A stretch of 64,000 bases of DNA from Camelus dromedarius (lineage: Eukaryota): assembly GCF_036321535.1 (NCBI RefSeq), contig NC_087436.1:31436001-31500000 (forward strand). The letters are read 5' to 3'. Shown here in pieces: positions 39,127 through 52,529 of this stretch. Numbering within the stretch: position 1 is the first letter of the stretch; every line of letters starts with the position of its first letter. The notes beneath the pieces are model-generated. The model did no database searches. It was given only the letters and a program-made list of their open reading frames with translations, and was not told the origin of the DNA. Both the position numbers and the translations under genes were made by a program.

Positions 39127-39239
39127 CAGAGAAGGAAAGAAAAATAATCATATTGGAAAATACAGAGGATCAATTCTTTGTTGTCCATGACCCAAAGTAT
39201 AAAGTATCATCTATAATCTAATTGAAAAGTAAGAATATA

Positions 39240-39490
39240 CTTAAATACTCATTGAACACTTCCTCTATACTAGGAACCTATTTAGATGAGCACATTTAAT
39301 GGATTTTTTTTCTCATTTTATCCTCATAATAACCATATGAAGGCATATTTTTTATTATCACTCCCGCTTTACCGATGAGGAAATTGAGGCTCAGAGAGAT
39401 TAAGTAATTTATTCAGGATCACAGAGCTAATGCATAAAGACAAATTTGTACCTGGCTGTCTAACTACAGAAACTAAGCTCCTACATTTAA
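39240..39490 (-). mobile_element. MIR SINE
   Basis: ttaccgatgaggaaattgaggctcagagagattaagtaatttattcaggatcacagagcta. Confidence 0.85.
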
Positions 39491-39664
39491 GATCTGTAGA
39501 TCACCTGAAAAGCACCTGTTTAGGGCTTTTAAATGGGTTCAATACCTGTGCTTAAATAAATGAAAAATCTTGATCAGAAAAAGATATATTGTATCTAAAG
39601 AGGTAAAGGGTTTAAGAAACAGATAATGTGTATGTTTAGTAATTCAGGGTAACATTAATCATGA

Positions 39665-39850
39665 TGACAAAGTTCGCTTAGCTTTTTTGAGCACTAACTA
39701 TATATCAGACATCATCTAAGCACTTGAATTTTAACTCATTGAATCCTTACAATGACTCCATGAAGTAGGCACTGTTATCCTTGTTTTTATAGATGAGGAA
39801 ACTGAGAAAAGGAAAGTTTCAGTCATTTGGTCAAGTGAGTAGCAGAGATC
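39665..39850 (-). mobile_element. MIR SINE
   Basis: aactcattgaatccttacaatgactccatgaagtagg...tttatagatgaggaaactgag. Confidence 0.8.
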
Positions 39851-42227
39851 AGCATGATATTGAGGATGAACAGACAAAATTAAGAGAAAGAATCTACCAG
39901 AGGTTTGCATTCCTGAAAATACAAAAGTGAGATGTTATCACCCAAGAACACAGTTGAATGTCACCCATGTTAAGAGTGACATAATGAGAAAATCTACCTG
40001 CAAAGTGAATAGAGAGTAATCAGGGAGAGAGCAACACATGTTCCAGCTATATTCACCTTCATGGAAGGCCTTATAAGGTACCTAGGAGGGATTTGTGCAT
40101 GGGATAAAGGACGCTCCTATGAGAGGCTTGTCTCAGTTACACGCTGTGATTAAATTCTCTCTGCCTGGGAGAACTTCTGAGTTCTCCTGGGAGAACTACA
40201 GAGCCACTGTAGCTCAAACTGACATGGTCTTAGGTTTTAATGTAAATCAACTAGATATTTGTGAATTCACATAACTTCACTTGTTCTACCAGCAAGTGAA
40301 AGTGAAACCCCAGGTCAAGGGAACAGTAAAGCACCTTCTGCCCACGTGGTGCCTGGCAGTTTGTGATTGTGCTGCCAGGACTCTCTTCCTGGCCTTGCAG
40401 CCACTGAGGCAACTTGAGACCACTCAGTGAGGTGAGGACAGGTATATGGAGAACAGCCATGAACATGCGAGTGTCTTTTATTGTAAGATTATAAAATCAT
40501 CCCAATCAAATACAAAATTTTGAATCAAAAAGCCAAATGCTATGAAAATCTGCCTTAGCGGAATGCAAAACAGGGCATCTTTCCCATGCAGCTCAGCTCT
40601 GCCTCCTGTCTCACAGGGATGAACCGTATCACATCCCAAGGGTTGACTTCTACCAGGAAGCGTGGTGACAAGGAACAAAGTCCAAAGTCACTCCTAATAG
40701 CTGAACAAGAGGACAAATGAACTTCAAGTCTTTTCCTTACCACTTACTCTAGGCTGCAGGTTAAGGAAGAGATATCAGCTCAATAGTCAGAGAAAGCAAT
40801 GCAGCCTTGTTTGACTCTCCTATTCCAAGAATACTGTGTGAAGAACATAAAGATTTATTTTTGATACACTAGCAGAGAAATAAGAGACTGGAAAGTCAAA
40901 TTCAAAAGTAAATATTTTAAAATTTTAATAGGTTAACAGTAAGCATATGCCCTAGGAAAACGATCGAAGAAACATCTAATAGTATTTTTCTCTTTATTGC
41001 AAAATTTGAGAAACCATTTTTCACCAATTTTGGAAGAAACTTGAAGCAATGATGGTTTCTAGTGTACTGTTTTTTATCTTTTTGTATTTCTAGAATACAT
41101 AGAAATTCAAGTCTTGAAAAAGCACTCAGTACTGACAACAATGAGGATAATATGGTGCATTTTGCTTTGATTATTGCAAGGGTGAAACAATACTACCTCA
41201 ATTATCTTTTAACCACTAGAGGTACCTGAAGTAACCAGGTATATCTTTAATATAAAATATACGAGTGTTTTCTCTGTAAAATGCCAGTATATATATATAA
41301 TGTGACACTGGAGGTGGCATGGCAATTAAGGGCATAATTGCTGTAATTACTGATGGAATTACTCATATTCCTCTATGCTACTTTTTCTAATTATCTTGGT
41401 TTAATGAAAATGTGTATTTTTGCAATGAACAGGATGTGGCCATCATTTGGCTGCCTGCCTGGGATGATGTACAGTGGCTGTCCCCTGAATGAACATAGAG
41501 CAGAGAGGTCACCACTTGTTTGCAGGAAGAAGAGGTTTCTGGAACACAACAGGCAATTTAAATGCATGTCATGAACATCCTGCAAAAACTCACAGATGGG
41601 TTTCATTGGAAGAAATATAACAGTAGGGGGGACATTATCCTTGAAGGAGCCCAATAGCTCTACAGTCTTCAGACTTTAATGAGAATGACTTGTAAAAATA
41701 GTACAAAGGTTTCATACTGTTTGTCCATTCTTATTCTAGTCTCTAACTCAAAAATGTGTTCAAACAGCTCCATTTTTCCTGATTTTGTTACAGTCTTTAC
41801 CACAAGAATGAATCCTAAAAGATTGGTGCTTTAAACATTCTGAAAATTGCAAGACTTGAAAGAAGCCTACTGTCTCTCTTTTTACTTCATACATTTTAAA
41901 TGCCTTGGAAACTTAATTGGCAGGCTATGCTGCTTATTTATTCATTTATCAGCCACCTGGACAGAGGTTAAGCAGATGCTCATTGAACAAAGACTATATG
42001 GTCATTCAAAACAAGTATCTGATATATTCAGTTTTTTCTAGGAGTAAAAAGCACTTTGTAAATCCAGATAATTACTAATATCAGCCACTTGGCATCACTG
42101 ATCAGAAGAGATATAGTGTTTACTTCATTAAATCTATGAATACTTTATGGAAGGAAAACACAAATAAAACTGAGAAAATTATCTTGATTCAATCATTCAA
42201 CAATTCTAAAGATCTGCTTTCAGGGCC

Positions 42228-42637
42228 TGTATTAGTTTCCTATTGCTGCTATTAACAAAGTACCACAACATTAGTGACTTGAAACAATACAGATTCATTA
42301 TTTGACAGTCATGGAGGTCAGCAGTCTAAAATAGGTCAATAGATGAGCATTCCTTCCGAAGCTCTAGGGGGGAAAACTTTTCCTTGCTTTTTCCAGCTTC
42401 TAGAGGGGGCTCATGTCCACATCACTCCAACCTCTGCATCTCCTCCAGCCATCCTGCTTCATGCTTCATGTGATTGCACTGGGCCCATCCAGATAATCCA
42501 GGATAATCTCTCCCTTTTCAAGGTCCTTGACTTAATCACATCTGCAAATTCCCTTTTGCCACGTATGGTAACATGCAGGTGCTAGGGACTACTAGAATGG
42601 GGACATTATTGGGGGGCCCATTATTCTACCTACCACA
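42228..42637 (-). mobile_element. MaLR solo LTR (MLT1C/D-like)
   Basis: Termini TGTATTAGTTTCC...CTACCACA; 5-bp TSD GGGCC/AGGCC; internal ataatccaggataatctc and aatcacatctgcaaa motifs. Confidence 0.92.
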
Positions 42638-43789
42638 AGGCCTTGTTTTTTAAATTTTAAACAGAGGAATCCTTTGCCTCCACTTCTTTTAACTTAATTT
42701 TTTTTAAGTCAACAGCTTCTGAAGGGAGGCCAATTACTATTTTCATTAACTCAATTTTTATAGAGCTAAAAAAATGTCAGAAATAGTGTGTTTAAGATTC
42801 TGTTACAGAGCTAGTTTTTACCTGTTCCAGTTTTTACTTCTGCATAGTCAATGCATGGATGTTTCCAACATGACTATCAGCACCAAAAGAATATGCACCC
42901 AGATATGTGTTCCTAAATCAAACAAACTAAAATCACTATTCCATGTAAATTATTACCTCCTACCTGCCTGCATGCACCGATGTAACCATTAGGTCCTTTT
43001 CCCTGACCATTCAAGCTTTTGACTCTTCCACTCTCAGACCTTTTGAAATCCCTTATCTTTTTCTGTGAGGTCATTTTCAGTGTTTACGGATACCTCTTCC
43101 AGGAAAAGCTGGAGTTCATGGCAATTTCAAACTTTCCACCTTTTAACTGAATGCAGAACTAATAAACTGAGTGAAGTTAAGCCAGAAATAAAGGTTCCTT
43201 GAGGGCAGCCGCTGTTATGTGCTTTTGTATCTTAGTGTACACTTTTGGACCCTAAAAGGCATTCATTTATGTGTCAGGAATGAAATAAGGACATACAGCT
43301 CCACAAAAGAAAAAGAGTTCCTGAGTAGGAAGATAAAAAATAGTCCTGGATGAATATTTCTGGAGAGATCCACACCAATCCAATGTACCAGTCCACCAGC
43401 CATTGGTCTCAATGAATCCAATGAACATGTGGGAATTCAATATGCATCACAGATGACAGAGTAACTAACAGATAATGGCTAAACAGTGGGGCCATCACCT
43501 AATGATACCAGCTCGGATGAATTTATATAAATAAATACAATACATTACAATACACAGAGAGCATCCTGTGTAGCTTATATGTCCTAGGTCAAACTGACAA
43601 GATCAGTGACAAACAATCTTGATTTTAAGTATTTTAAGTGCCTTGGACATTTAATTGGCAGGCTGTACTACTAATTTATTTATTTTATCTGCCTGCTGGT
43701 AAAAATAGATACAAATTTAACTAACATTTACTATAATCCAAACATTGTTACAGTGAGTATGAATGTCATGCACATCCCTACAAGTCATA

Positions 43790-45605
43790 TCACATTCTTT
43801 TAGTTCCATGAATTCATAAATTCAGAAAGCATTTCTTGAGTACCAAGAACTGGACTAGGTATAATAAGATAATAATCCCTGCCCTCATAGAGGGCTAACA
43901 TTCTGGTGAGGAACATAGACAATGCACATGACAAATGAGTAAGAGATATGTTAGTGCTATGTTCGAAGGGGAAAAATTAAACGAGGAAGGGGATGTGAAC
44001 TCTTGAGGGTGTGAGGAGATTATATTTTGGACAAGGTAGCCAAGGAAGACCTCACTGAAAAAGTGACTTTTAGTTAAGATGGAAAGGAAGTGAGATCAAT
44101 TAGCCATGCAAGTATCTGGAAGAAGAGCATTTCATAAAGGGGATAGAAAGTTCAGAGACCCTGGACTGCAGGTGGAAGCAAGAAGCCTAGCGGTGGGAGC
44201 TGAGGGAAAAAGTTGAGAGCAGTAGTAATGAAATCAAGAAGTAAAGTGAGGACCCAGATGCCATGGGGTTCCTAGGTCATGGTTAAGACTTTTTCTGAAT
44301 GAAATGTGAAGGCACTGAAGTATTCTGAACAGAGGGGTGACATAATCTGACCCATACTCAACAGGGCCAACCTGGCCTTAACAATGAAAATAAACTAAAG
44401 GAGAGTAAGAGCAGAATCAGGAAACCAGTCCAAAAGCTATTTCAATAATCCAGAAGCGGTGGTGGCTTGAACAAGGGTGGTGTCAGGAGAGGTCTTGAGA
44501 AATGGCCAAATTCTAATACAGGAGAGTCAAAAGGATTTGCTGAAAAAAACTAGATTTGGAGTGTGAGAGAGAGATGAGTCAAGGCTTACTCTGAGGTTTG
44601 GGGCTGAATAATGGGAAAAATGGAGTGGTCATAACTGAAATGGAAAGGACTGTAGGAGGAACTGATTTGAGAGGACAAAGTGTCCTCGTCACCAATTCCA
44701 ACGTGTTGAGGGGGGTGGTTGAGGGGGCAGGTCAAGGAGCTTCCCTACATACCAGCAAGCAATTCTAGGGACACCAGCTTTGTGTCCTATAATTTAACTC
44801 AACTCTGACACTATCTATCTGAAGATATAGCATCAGATTCCACAGGTTGAGGATTCAGTTCTACAAGAATTCCCCCAGCCAAATTATAAATGACATTCAC
44901 AAGCTCAGGCTGTTACCTGAGCTTCTGACCAACTGGCTATACAATCAGAGATTCCCATGACACTCCTTCCTTAGGTTTGATTAATTTGCTAGAGCAGCTC
45001 ACAGAACTCAGAGAAACAGTTTACTCACTAGATCACCAGTTTATTATACAAGGTTGTAATTCAGGAATAGCCAGATGGAAGAGAAGCATGAGGTAAGGGA
45101 TGGGGAAAGAGTGAAGTGCTTCCATGTCATCTTTAGGCACACTATTTCCCCCAAATCTCCATGTGTTCTCCAAGCCAGAAGCTCTTCCAATCCTTTCCTT
45201 TTGGGTTTTTATGGAGGCTCCATTTCATTGATTAAATCATTGGCCATTCTGATTATTGAACTCAATCTCCAGCACCACTTCCTTCCCTGGAAGTGGAGGA
45301 TGTGAGACTGAAAGTTCAAACCCTCTAATCACAAGGTTGGTTTTCCTGGCAACCAGCCCTTACCTTTGGTGCATTCCAAAGTCACCTCATTCATATAACA
45401 AAAGGCCTTTATTTCTCAACATTTAGGAAACTCCAAGGGTTTGAGGAGCTCTGTGCTAGAAATGCGGATGAAGATCAAATTTACATTTCTTATGAGAAAT
45501 CACAATACACAAGGGGAAATTCAAGAGCCCAGTTTTGGATATGTTTAGCTTGAAATGCCTATTAGACAGCCAATTAAAGATGTCAAGAAGTCAGTTAAAT
45601 ATGCT
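43790..45605 (-). mobile_element. L2 fragment split by an LTR insertion at 44681-45511
   Basis: Antisense L2 motifs (tccctgccctcatagag, ggaagacctcactga, agggtggtgtcagg) resume after the LTR (gttttggatatgtttagcttgaaatgcctattagaca). Confidence 0.8.
44681..45511 (-). mobile_element. MER21-like solo LTR
   Basis: TG...CA termini; aactcaactctgacactatcta, ttctgaccaactggctat and ttaatttgctagagcagctcacagaactcag motifs. Confidence 0.8.
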
Positions 45606-45869
45606 TGGACATATTCAGCTGTATGCTCCCATCCACCTGGCTGGCAGGGAATCCAATCTTAGTCATTATCAGTGTTATTTTCCTTTCTGTTGGATATTTG
45701 GATTATAGGCTTACATTATAACAGAAACCAAGAGGGACCTGGTCCTTCATCCATGATGATTCCAACATTGCAGTTGCTTCTTCTTCACCTTCATGTTGCT
45801 GTCAAGAACTGGTATTCGAGCCACTGTTCACATACTTGTCCACAGAGACACACGGATGACCTTCAGGCC

Positions 45870-46090
45870 ACAGTGCAAGTGTCCAGTCATTAAGAACACA
45901 GGCTCAGATCACCATATTCAAATCTACTTACTTTTTGACTTGAGCAAGTTATTTAACTTGTTTGTGCCTAATATCTATAAAATTATTAGAACACAATAGT
46001 ACAGAATCTACTACAAATGAGTGTTGTGAGCATTAAATTTGTTAACAATCATAAAACACCCTACTGTCTGTAGAGTAGTACTTGGCTATT
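45870..46090 (+). mobile_element. MIR SINE
   Basis: ttaagaacacaggctc...gacttgagcaagttatttaacttgtttgtgcct. Confidence 0.7.
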
Positions 46091-48999
46091 GTGCAATAAA
46101 GAGCCAGCATTCCCATTGTTACTATTGCAAGAATCTGTAGCAGCCCCCACCCAACCACAAGTGTAGTCACAAACTCCCAACCCTGCTCTTAATCTCAGGG
46201 ACTTTCAACATTCCCCACCCCTGTCACCTTTAAACTTGGCCACTTTTCCCATTCCATTATGCACTTTCCTACCTACTTCCTTCTCAAAGATTCTGAAGCA
46301 AAAATATCTCTAGTGAGAGAAGGGAAACTTGGACCTTTCAAAAGTTCTTTCTTGAGATTTTTTTTCCATACAGTAAGAATGGGGAAAGTAGATACTGCTA
46401 CTAGTTAATGTTTTTTGTTTTTAATAACTCATCATCATACTATGACTATACACACCCTTAAATATGTGTTTCTCTTCGCCCATCCTATGTTTAGGTTTAT
46501 ATGTCTTTTCCAGTCTGTGAATTTGCTTCATTACAATATGAAGAAGAAACATGAAGTTCAGGAAAGTTCAGGTGTAGACTAGCCCTCACCCAACAAAAAA
46601 GTATCTTTGGGTTAAATGACTGCAGAGAAACCACAGCACCCAAATTTGAAGTCAAGCCTCCTGGACTTCATTTTAGTGCTCCTTTACCTTATCCCAAGTT
46701 GCCTCTTTCAAGTGAATAGATGGAAATGATTTGTATTTAGCCCATTAATTGTTTAAATGTAAATGAGTGCTTCAGAACTTTCTCTACCATATAAGTACAG
46801 AATAATGCTTCTGCTATATTTCCAGCTAAAAACCGGGTTCTCACTGCACCAAAATGTATTACACTAATTAAACACTCTGACCAAAACTAACAATTTGATC
46901 AATTCACTTCACTTCCCTACTATCTGAGAAAGTACTTATCCTTCTATTTTTTTAACTTTATGTTCAAGATTTGATATTAGAAATCTTTACTCATGAAGGG
47001 TGCACTTTTTTTTCTCATAAGTAAAATTTACTTCAAAAATACTCTCAAAAAATAGCTATTCACTTTAGCTGAAAAGGACTGGATCTTGAAACTAAAAAAC
47101 CCTTCATTGAGCTTCCTCCAAAACAACCAAGTTGTGAAATATTTTGGTTTTATATAAGCTTTCACTGATTCCAGGCAACAGCACTTTGACAAACAAGTTT
47201 AGCATTGAAACCAACAGTTGCAATTCAGTAGAAAGAAGTCCTCTCTTTTTCATTTTAATAACATTTCTGCACAAATTCCAAAAGGATAGGGTCCCTGTTA
47301 TTCTGGGTACAATGCTCATTACTCATGTCTGCTGGGGCATTATTGGATGTATACTTTGGAATAAAGAGGGCTTTTACAATGTCTAATATGATGTCCTTTG
47401 CAATCTGTTATTAGCCTGTGCATCGCCTTGCCAGTTAATCATCCCATTATAGATTCTGAAAATCTGACAACCCAGAGGGATTGAAATGCAGTGTGCTACA
47501 AGATTAGAAATAGCTATATGAAAATGAAGTAAGGATAACAAATGCTGTAGATTGGTACATAAAATAAAGGCTTTGAAAAATGTTTCTTATGGAGATCTCT
47601 CAATACTTTTACCATGAAAGAAACAAGGGCAGCCAACAAGCAGGGAGACAGGAGAGCTGTGGACTTGACTATAGGTGAGGAATAAAATAAAACCAGCAGT
47701 TTGTACAGGATTTTTTTGGAAGTTATCCAACATAATCAAAAATCAAATTAATACATACATCAGCTCTCTGTTTACCTGCCCTGTCACTTGAGAGCAGAAG
47801 AGGCCGATGCATTCTGTCAGGCATCCCCAGAACTGCACAGCACCATTAATCTCACCACTTGTTTGTGTGTTATGGTTGGTCCCCTCGCTTCTGTGTACTT
47901 TGCTGCCATCTCCAGGAAACTGTGATGACAAGAACAGCCCAAACCCTTGCGGGTTGTTACAGCCCTCGAAAAAGGTCTTGGGATTTTCCAAAGTGATTGT
48001 CTATATTTGAAAGTATCTTTAACAGAAAAATCTTCGGAAATTCAAAATATTTGCTGTTATCAATGATTATTAGATCAGTGATACAATATGCATTGACTAT
48101 AAATAAGAGTCACACTTTAAATTGTTTCATTAGCAAAATGCCAAAGTCAGAAGAAATCTCATTAAAATAGTATGTCTAATGCCCACAGTGTTAAAGATAA
48201 TAGAAAAATAGTTTATCATGAATATCTTTATTACTATAACAGACCAAGAAATTAATGGCAAATTGGTCTAAATTGAATATATTGAATTACTATAGATTCA
48301 AATCCTTTTTTAGTGAATAAGTTCTCTAAAGGATACAGCGCACACTGAAATTCCATTTGCTAGTGATCGTAAAAGAGGGTGATAAAAAAAAAAAGCTGAA
48401 GGCAGGAATTTGTAGTTTTCCTAGAAAAACTTCTAAATCGGGGAGATGTTGGGAGCAGTGCTGAGGATTTTAAATTCTATAAATTTCTGCCTGTAGGGTG
48501 GTTACTGCCAGACAGGTCTCCTTGACTGGCATGTAAAAAAAAGGAAAACAATTCTTAAAACCCTTAGGGAAAGCTCAGGGTACTTCTCAGTCCTGAACAG
48601 GCAGCAAGTGCGCTGAGGTTCAATGTCATGTATAACAAGGCACAGACTCTGTCCACAATGTCCATGTAGCGAACACTAAGGATGTGACTGACTGACTTGG
48701 GGAAGAAAGAGTGCCTGCTCTGACCTTGATTATTTATGTTTGGTCAAAAGTATGCAATATAATAATTGCACAATTCTGTTTTCTGTAGATAATATCTGAT
48801 ATGTGAACAATACATATCTACACTTAAGATAAAGTAATGGATATCTGACCAAGCTTCTCATCTTTTAACAAAAGATCCTACACTAATCCTTAGATATTCC
48901 AGTAAAAGGTATATCCTAAATGCCCAATAGAAAAGAGTAGACCTCTTGCATACGTGTAAAGTCTAGGTAGTCCATGCTCAAGAGCAGAATTTATATCAT

Positions 49000-49135
49000 C
49001 TTTTCCCCTCCTGGATGGTAGTATGTTTCACAACAGGGACAATGTCTCATTATAATCTTAGTTCCTAGAAAAATGTATGGCACAATAGATCATCAATAGA
49101 TCATCCTTAAGTGTTTGTTGAACTGAACTGAATAT
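49000..49135 (+). mobile_element. L2 3' tail
   Basis: cagggacaatgtctc...tggcacaatag...gtgtttgttgaactgaactgaat. Confidence 0.6.
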
Positions 49136-51857
49136 AATAATAAATGTCACTAGAAGTTATTCATTTAAAGGTTTATAAGTCTTCTAAAATAACATTTCTA
49201 ATCCTTGGGACAACTGTCACCACTTTGAAGCAAATTGCTGCAACTTCAGAGGAAAGAAAGAGCCCACAAGCTGACTTCTCTATGGAAACTAAACCACTGT
49301 TAATGTGAAAATAAATGTGAGAATAGTACAAGTTAATACTAATAATTTTTCTAATCCCTTTTTAAAAAATATTGAAAAATGTCTAATAACTGACTCAATT
49401 TACTTGAAAAGAAAAATGGCTAAAAAATAAACTACCATTAGAAAAAAATCAACACAGAGAATGAATCAGCCAATTAAAGATCCCCTCTACACAACAGAGG
49501 CTTTGACTCAGAAAACAAATCAGTGAGAAAATTAGGTAAGAGAAGCCATTACAGCACATATAATATATAATAAGTAATAGACAAATGGGAGGCAAGGACT
49601 CCACCATACAAATGAATTAGAGAATACCCAAAAGGGAGACCAATTAGGTTTTACCAGAAGACTTCAAAACTTTTTTGAAGAATAAAAGACTGATGGCTCA
49701 TAAATTTGAAAACTATACAAGCTCGGTTTGCCATAAACATCAAAGTCAGATTTACTTTATAACCAAAATAGTCTACACCACCTGAACATACTAGGAAAAC
49801 GAGCAATTCATAAGGTCCATACTATTTTTTCTGTCCAAATCTGTCCAAATGTCTATTTTTTAGACCAAATCAAAAGAATGGACAAGGCAGTTTCTTTAAC
49901 TATAAAAATTATTCTAAAATGTAATCAGACTCTTGGCTGTCATCTGCCCAGAAAACAGCTCTCCCAGCAACTCTGCCAACTGCACAGGCTTCCATAAATG
50001 GACCCATGTTGAATGAAAGAAGGGGCCAGTCCTTGTCCTAGTTTGATAATTAGCCTCCATCCCATTAAGCACAAGAAGAGGCAAAGTCCCGTAATTCTAA
50101 TATGCTAGCTGTCCTATTTATTACAGAAAGAAAACTGATGTCTTACTGCTGATTTTAGTAGGCATAAGAGAAACAAACTTTCTAGTAAATCGGTTGCATA
50201 ACAACCTGTTTACCAACACTTCTGCACATCTGAACTATGAGAAATGTGTCTATAAAATATACATGGGGCACTCCAAACTATACACCCAATGAATGCATGT
50301 GCCAGTTTTCAGGATTTGTAACATATTTCCACAAGATGGCAAAATTTCCCATATACCCTAGAACCTCAAAAACTAATGGCAAAAAAAAAGTGATATTCAA
50401 CCCGGAAAATAATTTTTCACTAATTATACTTTCCATTCTGGCTACTTTTCCCTTCTGTATGCTATAATACTAGTCAATGCTTTTCCTTTAACCAAAAATT
50501 TCATGGACTTGTCAGGAAGATTAAATAAGATAATGTATATATAAAGTGCTTATAAATGTAAAAGAGCAGTACAAAGTTAGTTCTTATGTTTTCTGATTTG
50601 AAAGTGACTTTTCCCCAAACTTCTCAGACTCTCAAAATTGTGCCACAAATATAAACATATACCAAAATAGACTGATATACATATTTAAACTGATGGTATT
50701 GTAAGAGAGAAAAGGTCCAAAGTGGAATAAAAGTATTATTTCTCAAGATGGACTGGTTGGAGCAAAAGGAACCTGGCAGTAAACCGTTCTTCCACTAGGA
50801 CAGACCTAAGGGAACTAGCCCAGGCATAGGAAGGTTCAGCCTAGTGGAGAAAGCAAAATGCTTTATCAGAACAGGGCACCATGTGTTCAGAGGGTTACCT
50901 ATATAACGACTGGACTCTAGCAAGTAGCACCGTAGATAGCATCTCTAGCCGGATCAACAGTAAGGCTGACAGGTCATAACCAAGTCCTTCCAGACCCACT
51001 CTCTGAGCTCACTGCCCCTCTTTCCCCACAGCCCTTGGAGCAAATTGCATCTTTTCTTCTAAGATAGTTAGAAAGAGTCAACTGGAATCTCTTAAGGGAA
51101 ATATGTACAGACAAAACAGAAAAAGAGGTAGGAGCAAGCAGTCTCCACTAAATAATCTTTGAAGGTCTAAATATCTGCAGTCCTTTAGAATATATTTTCT
51201 CTTTAAATCATCCAGAAATCTGTTTCCCAACTGTTCCTTTTACTTATTTGAACCTCATCTCTGATCACAAAACCTGTAGTTGATTCTCCTGATTCTGTCT
51301 TGATTCACAACATGATTAGCTGGATGACCTTCTTTATGTGTTTATGGCACTCAAAGCTTACTTTTCAGTAACTTTTTTCACATGGAATTAAAATTGCTGG
51401 TGTATTTGTGTACTCCCTAACTGTTCGTTTTTGACAAGAGGACTTTTCTCTCTGTATTTTATTCTGACTTCCAGTCAGAACTTTCCCTGCTTGGGTGAGA
51501 CCTCTCAAGGTCATTAAAATTATAATGAACACCTACTTTGAACCCCCTAACCTCTCGAATTTGCTCATACCTTAGATGGACACTTCACACTGGGCTGCCC
51601 AAATCCTGAAGTTGCTTCTGTACAAATGTTTACTTAGATAACAGAAAGTCCTGCTGAGGATAGCATGCCAAATAGAACTCAGATGCAATCACAAAAATGT
51701 ATTAAACAAAACCTCTTATACAAAGTAGATCAACCTTCCAAAAATAGGGGTTATAATAGATCTTAATGGGAAGTTTGGAGGACAGCTGACAGTGCCAACG
51801 TGGGTTCAGGAACGTTGTCTCCTACAGTATGGCTGGTGCAAGAAAAACAGTAGAAGC

Positions 51858-51883
<26 letters not shown>
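51858..51883. repeat. A26 homopolymer
   Basis: Counted directly. Confidence 0.95.
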
Positions 51884-51888
<5 letters not shown>

Positions 51889-52529
51889 CCAGTTTTCCAG
51901 AAGTTAATTCATTTACCTTCTTTCTCTGGATGAATCAATTCACGATGTTACTAAACATTTATTTACTAACCTACAGTGTAGAAGCATTGTATCAGGTGTT
52001 GGGTGAGGATACAAAACAAGAGCTGAAAAGGCTTATAGTCTACCACGTTATTGGAAAGCCTTATCCAAGCTACAAGAATGTGACTTTGTGAGTTACTTCA
52101 TCTTACACCCTATTTCAGCTAGTGAGGTGAGTTTTCAATCTTTCTGCAATTGCAGCTTTGCAAATAAACGAACTCACTTAGATTCTGTCCTCAGCAGCAG
52201 TCAAGTGCCTGGAGGTGAGCACCAACATGCTGCCATCTCTGCAGTGATGTGGTTGGTCTGTGATGCCTTCCATTCTTTCCTCCAAGTGCTCATTGTCAGT
52301 TATATTACTGATGATTTTCTGCATCATTCACATTGTTTTATTCCTTTATCTTTATTGTTACGTTTTGCCTTAAGAATTCAATTACATAAAATTAAGAATA
52401 CTCTGTCAGTTAAATGTTGAAGCATCAAAATTTTCTGTGGAAATTACATTTTAGGTTTAGGAGAACTCATCTCTGAGGGATATTTAAAGGAAAAAATTAT
52501 CCTCCCAAGGCTGAGGGAAGGAAGAGAAA

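Noticed and set aside
52125..52320. Minus-strand exon (donor GTGAGT at 52177) or pre-miRNA-like hairpin around CTGCAATTGCAG
   Set aside because: The acceptor lacks a pyrimidine tract, the long frame ends in TAA, and the hairpin arms pair poorly
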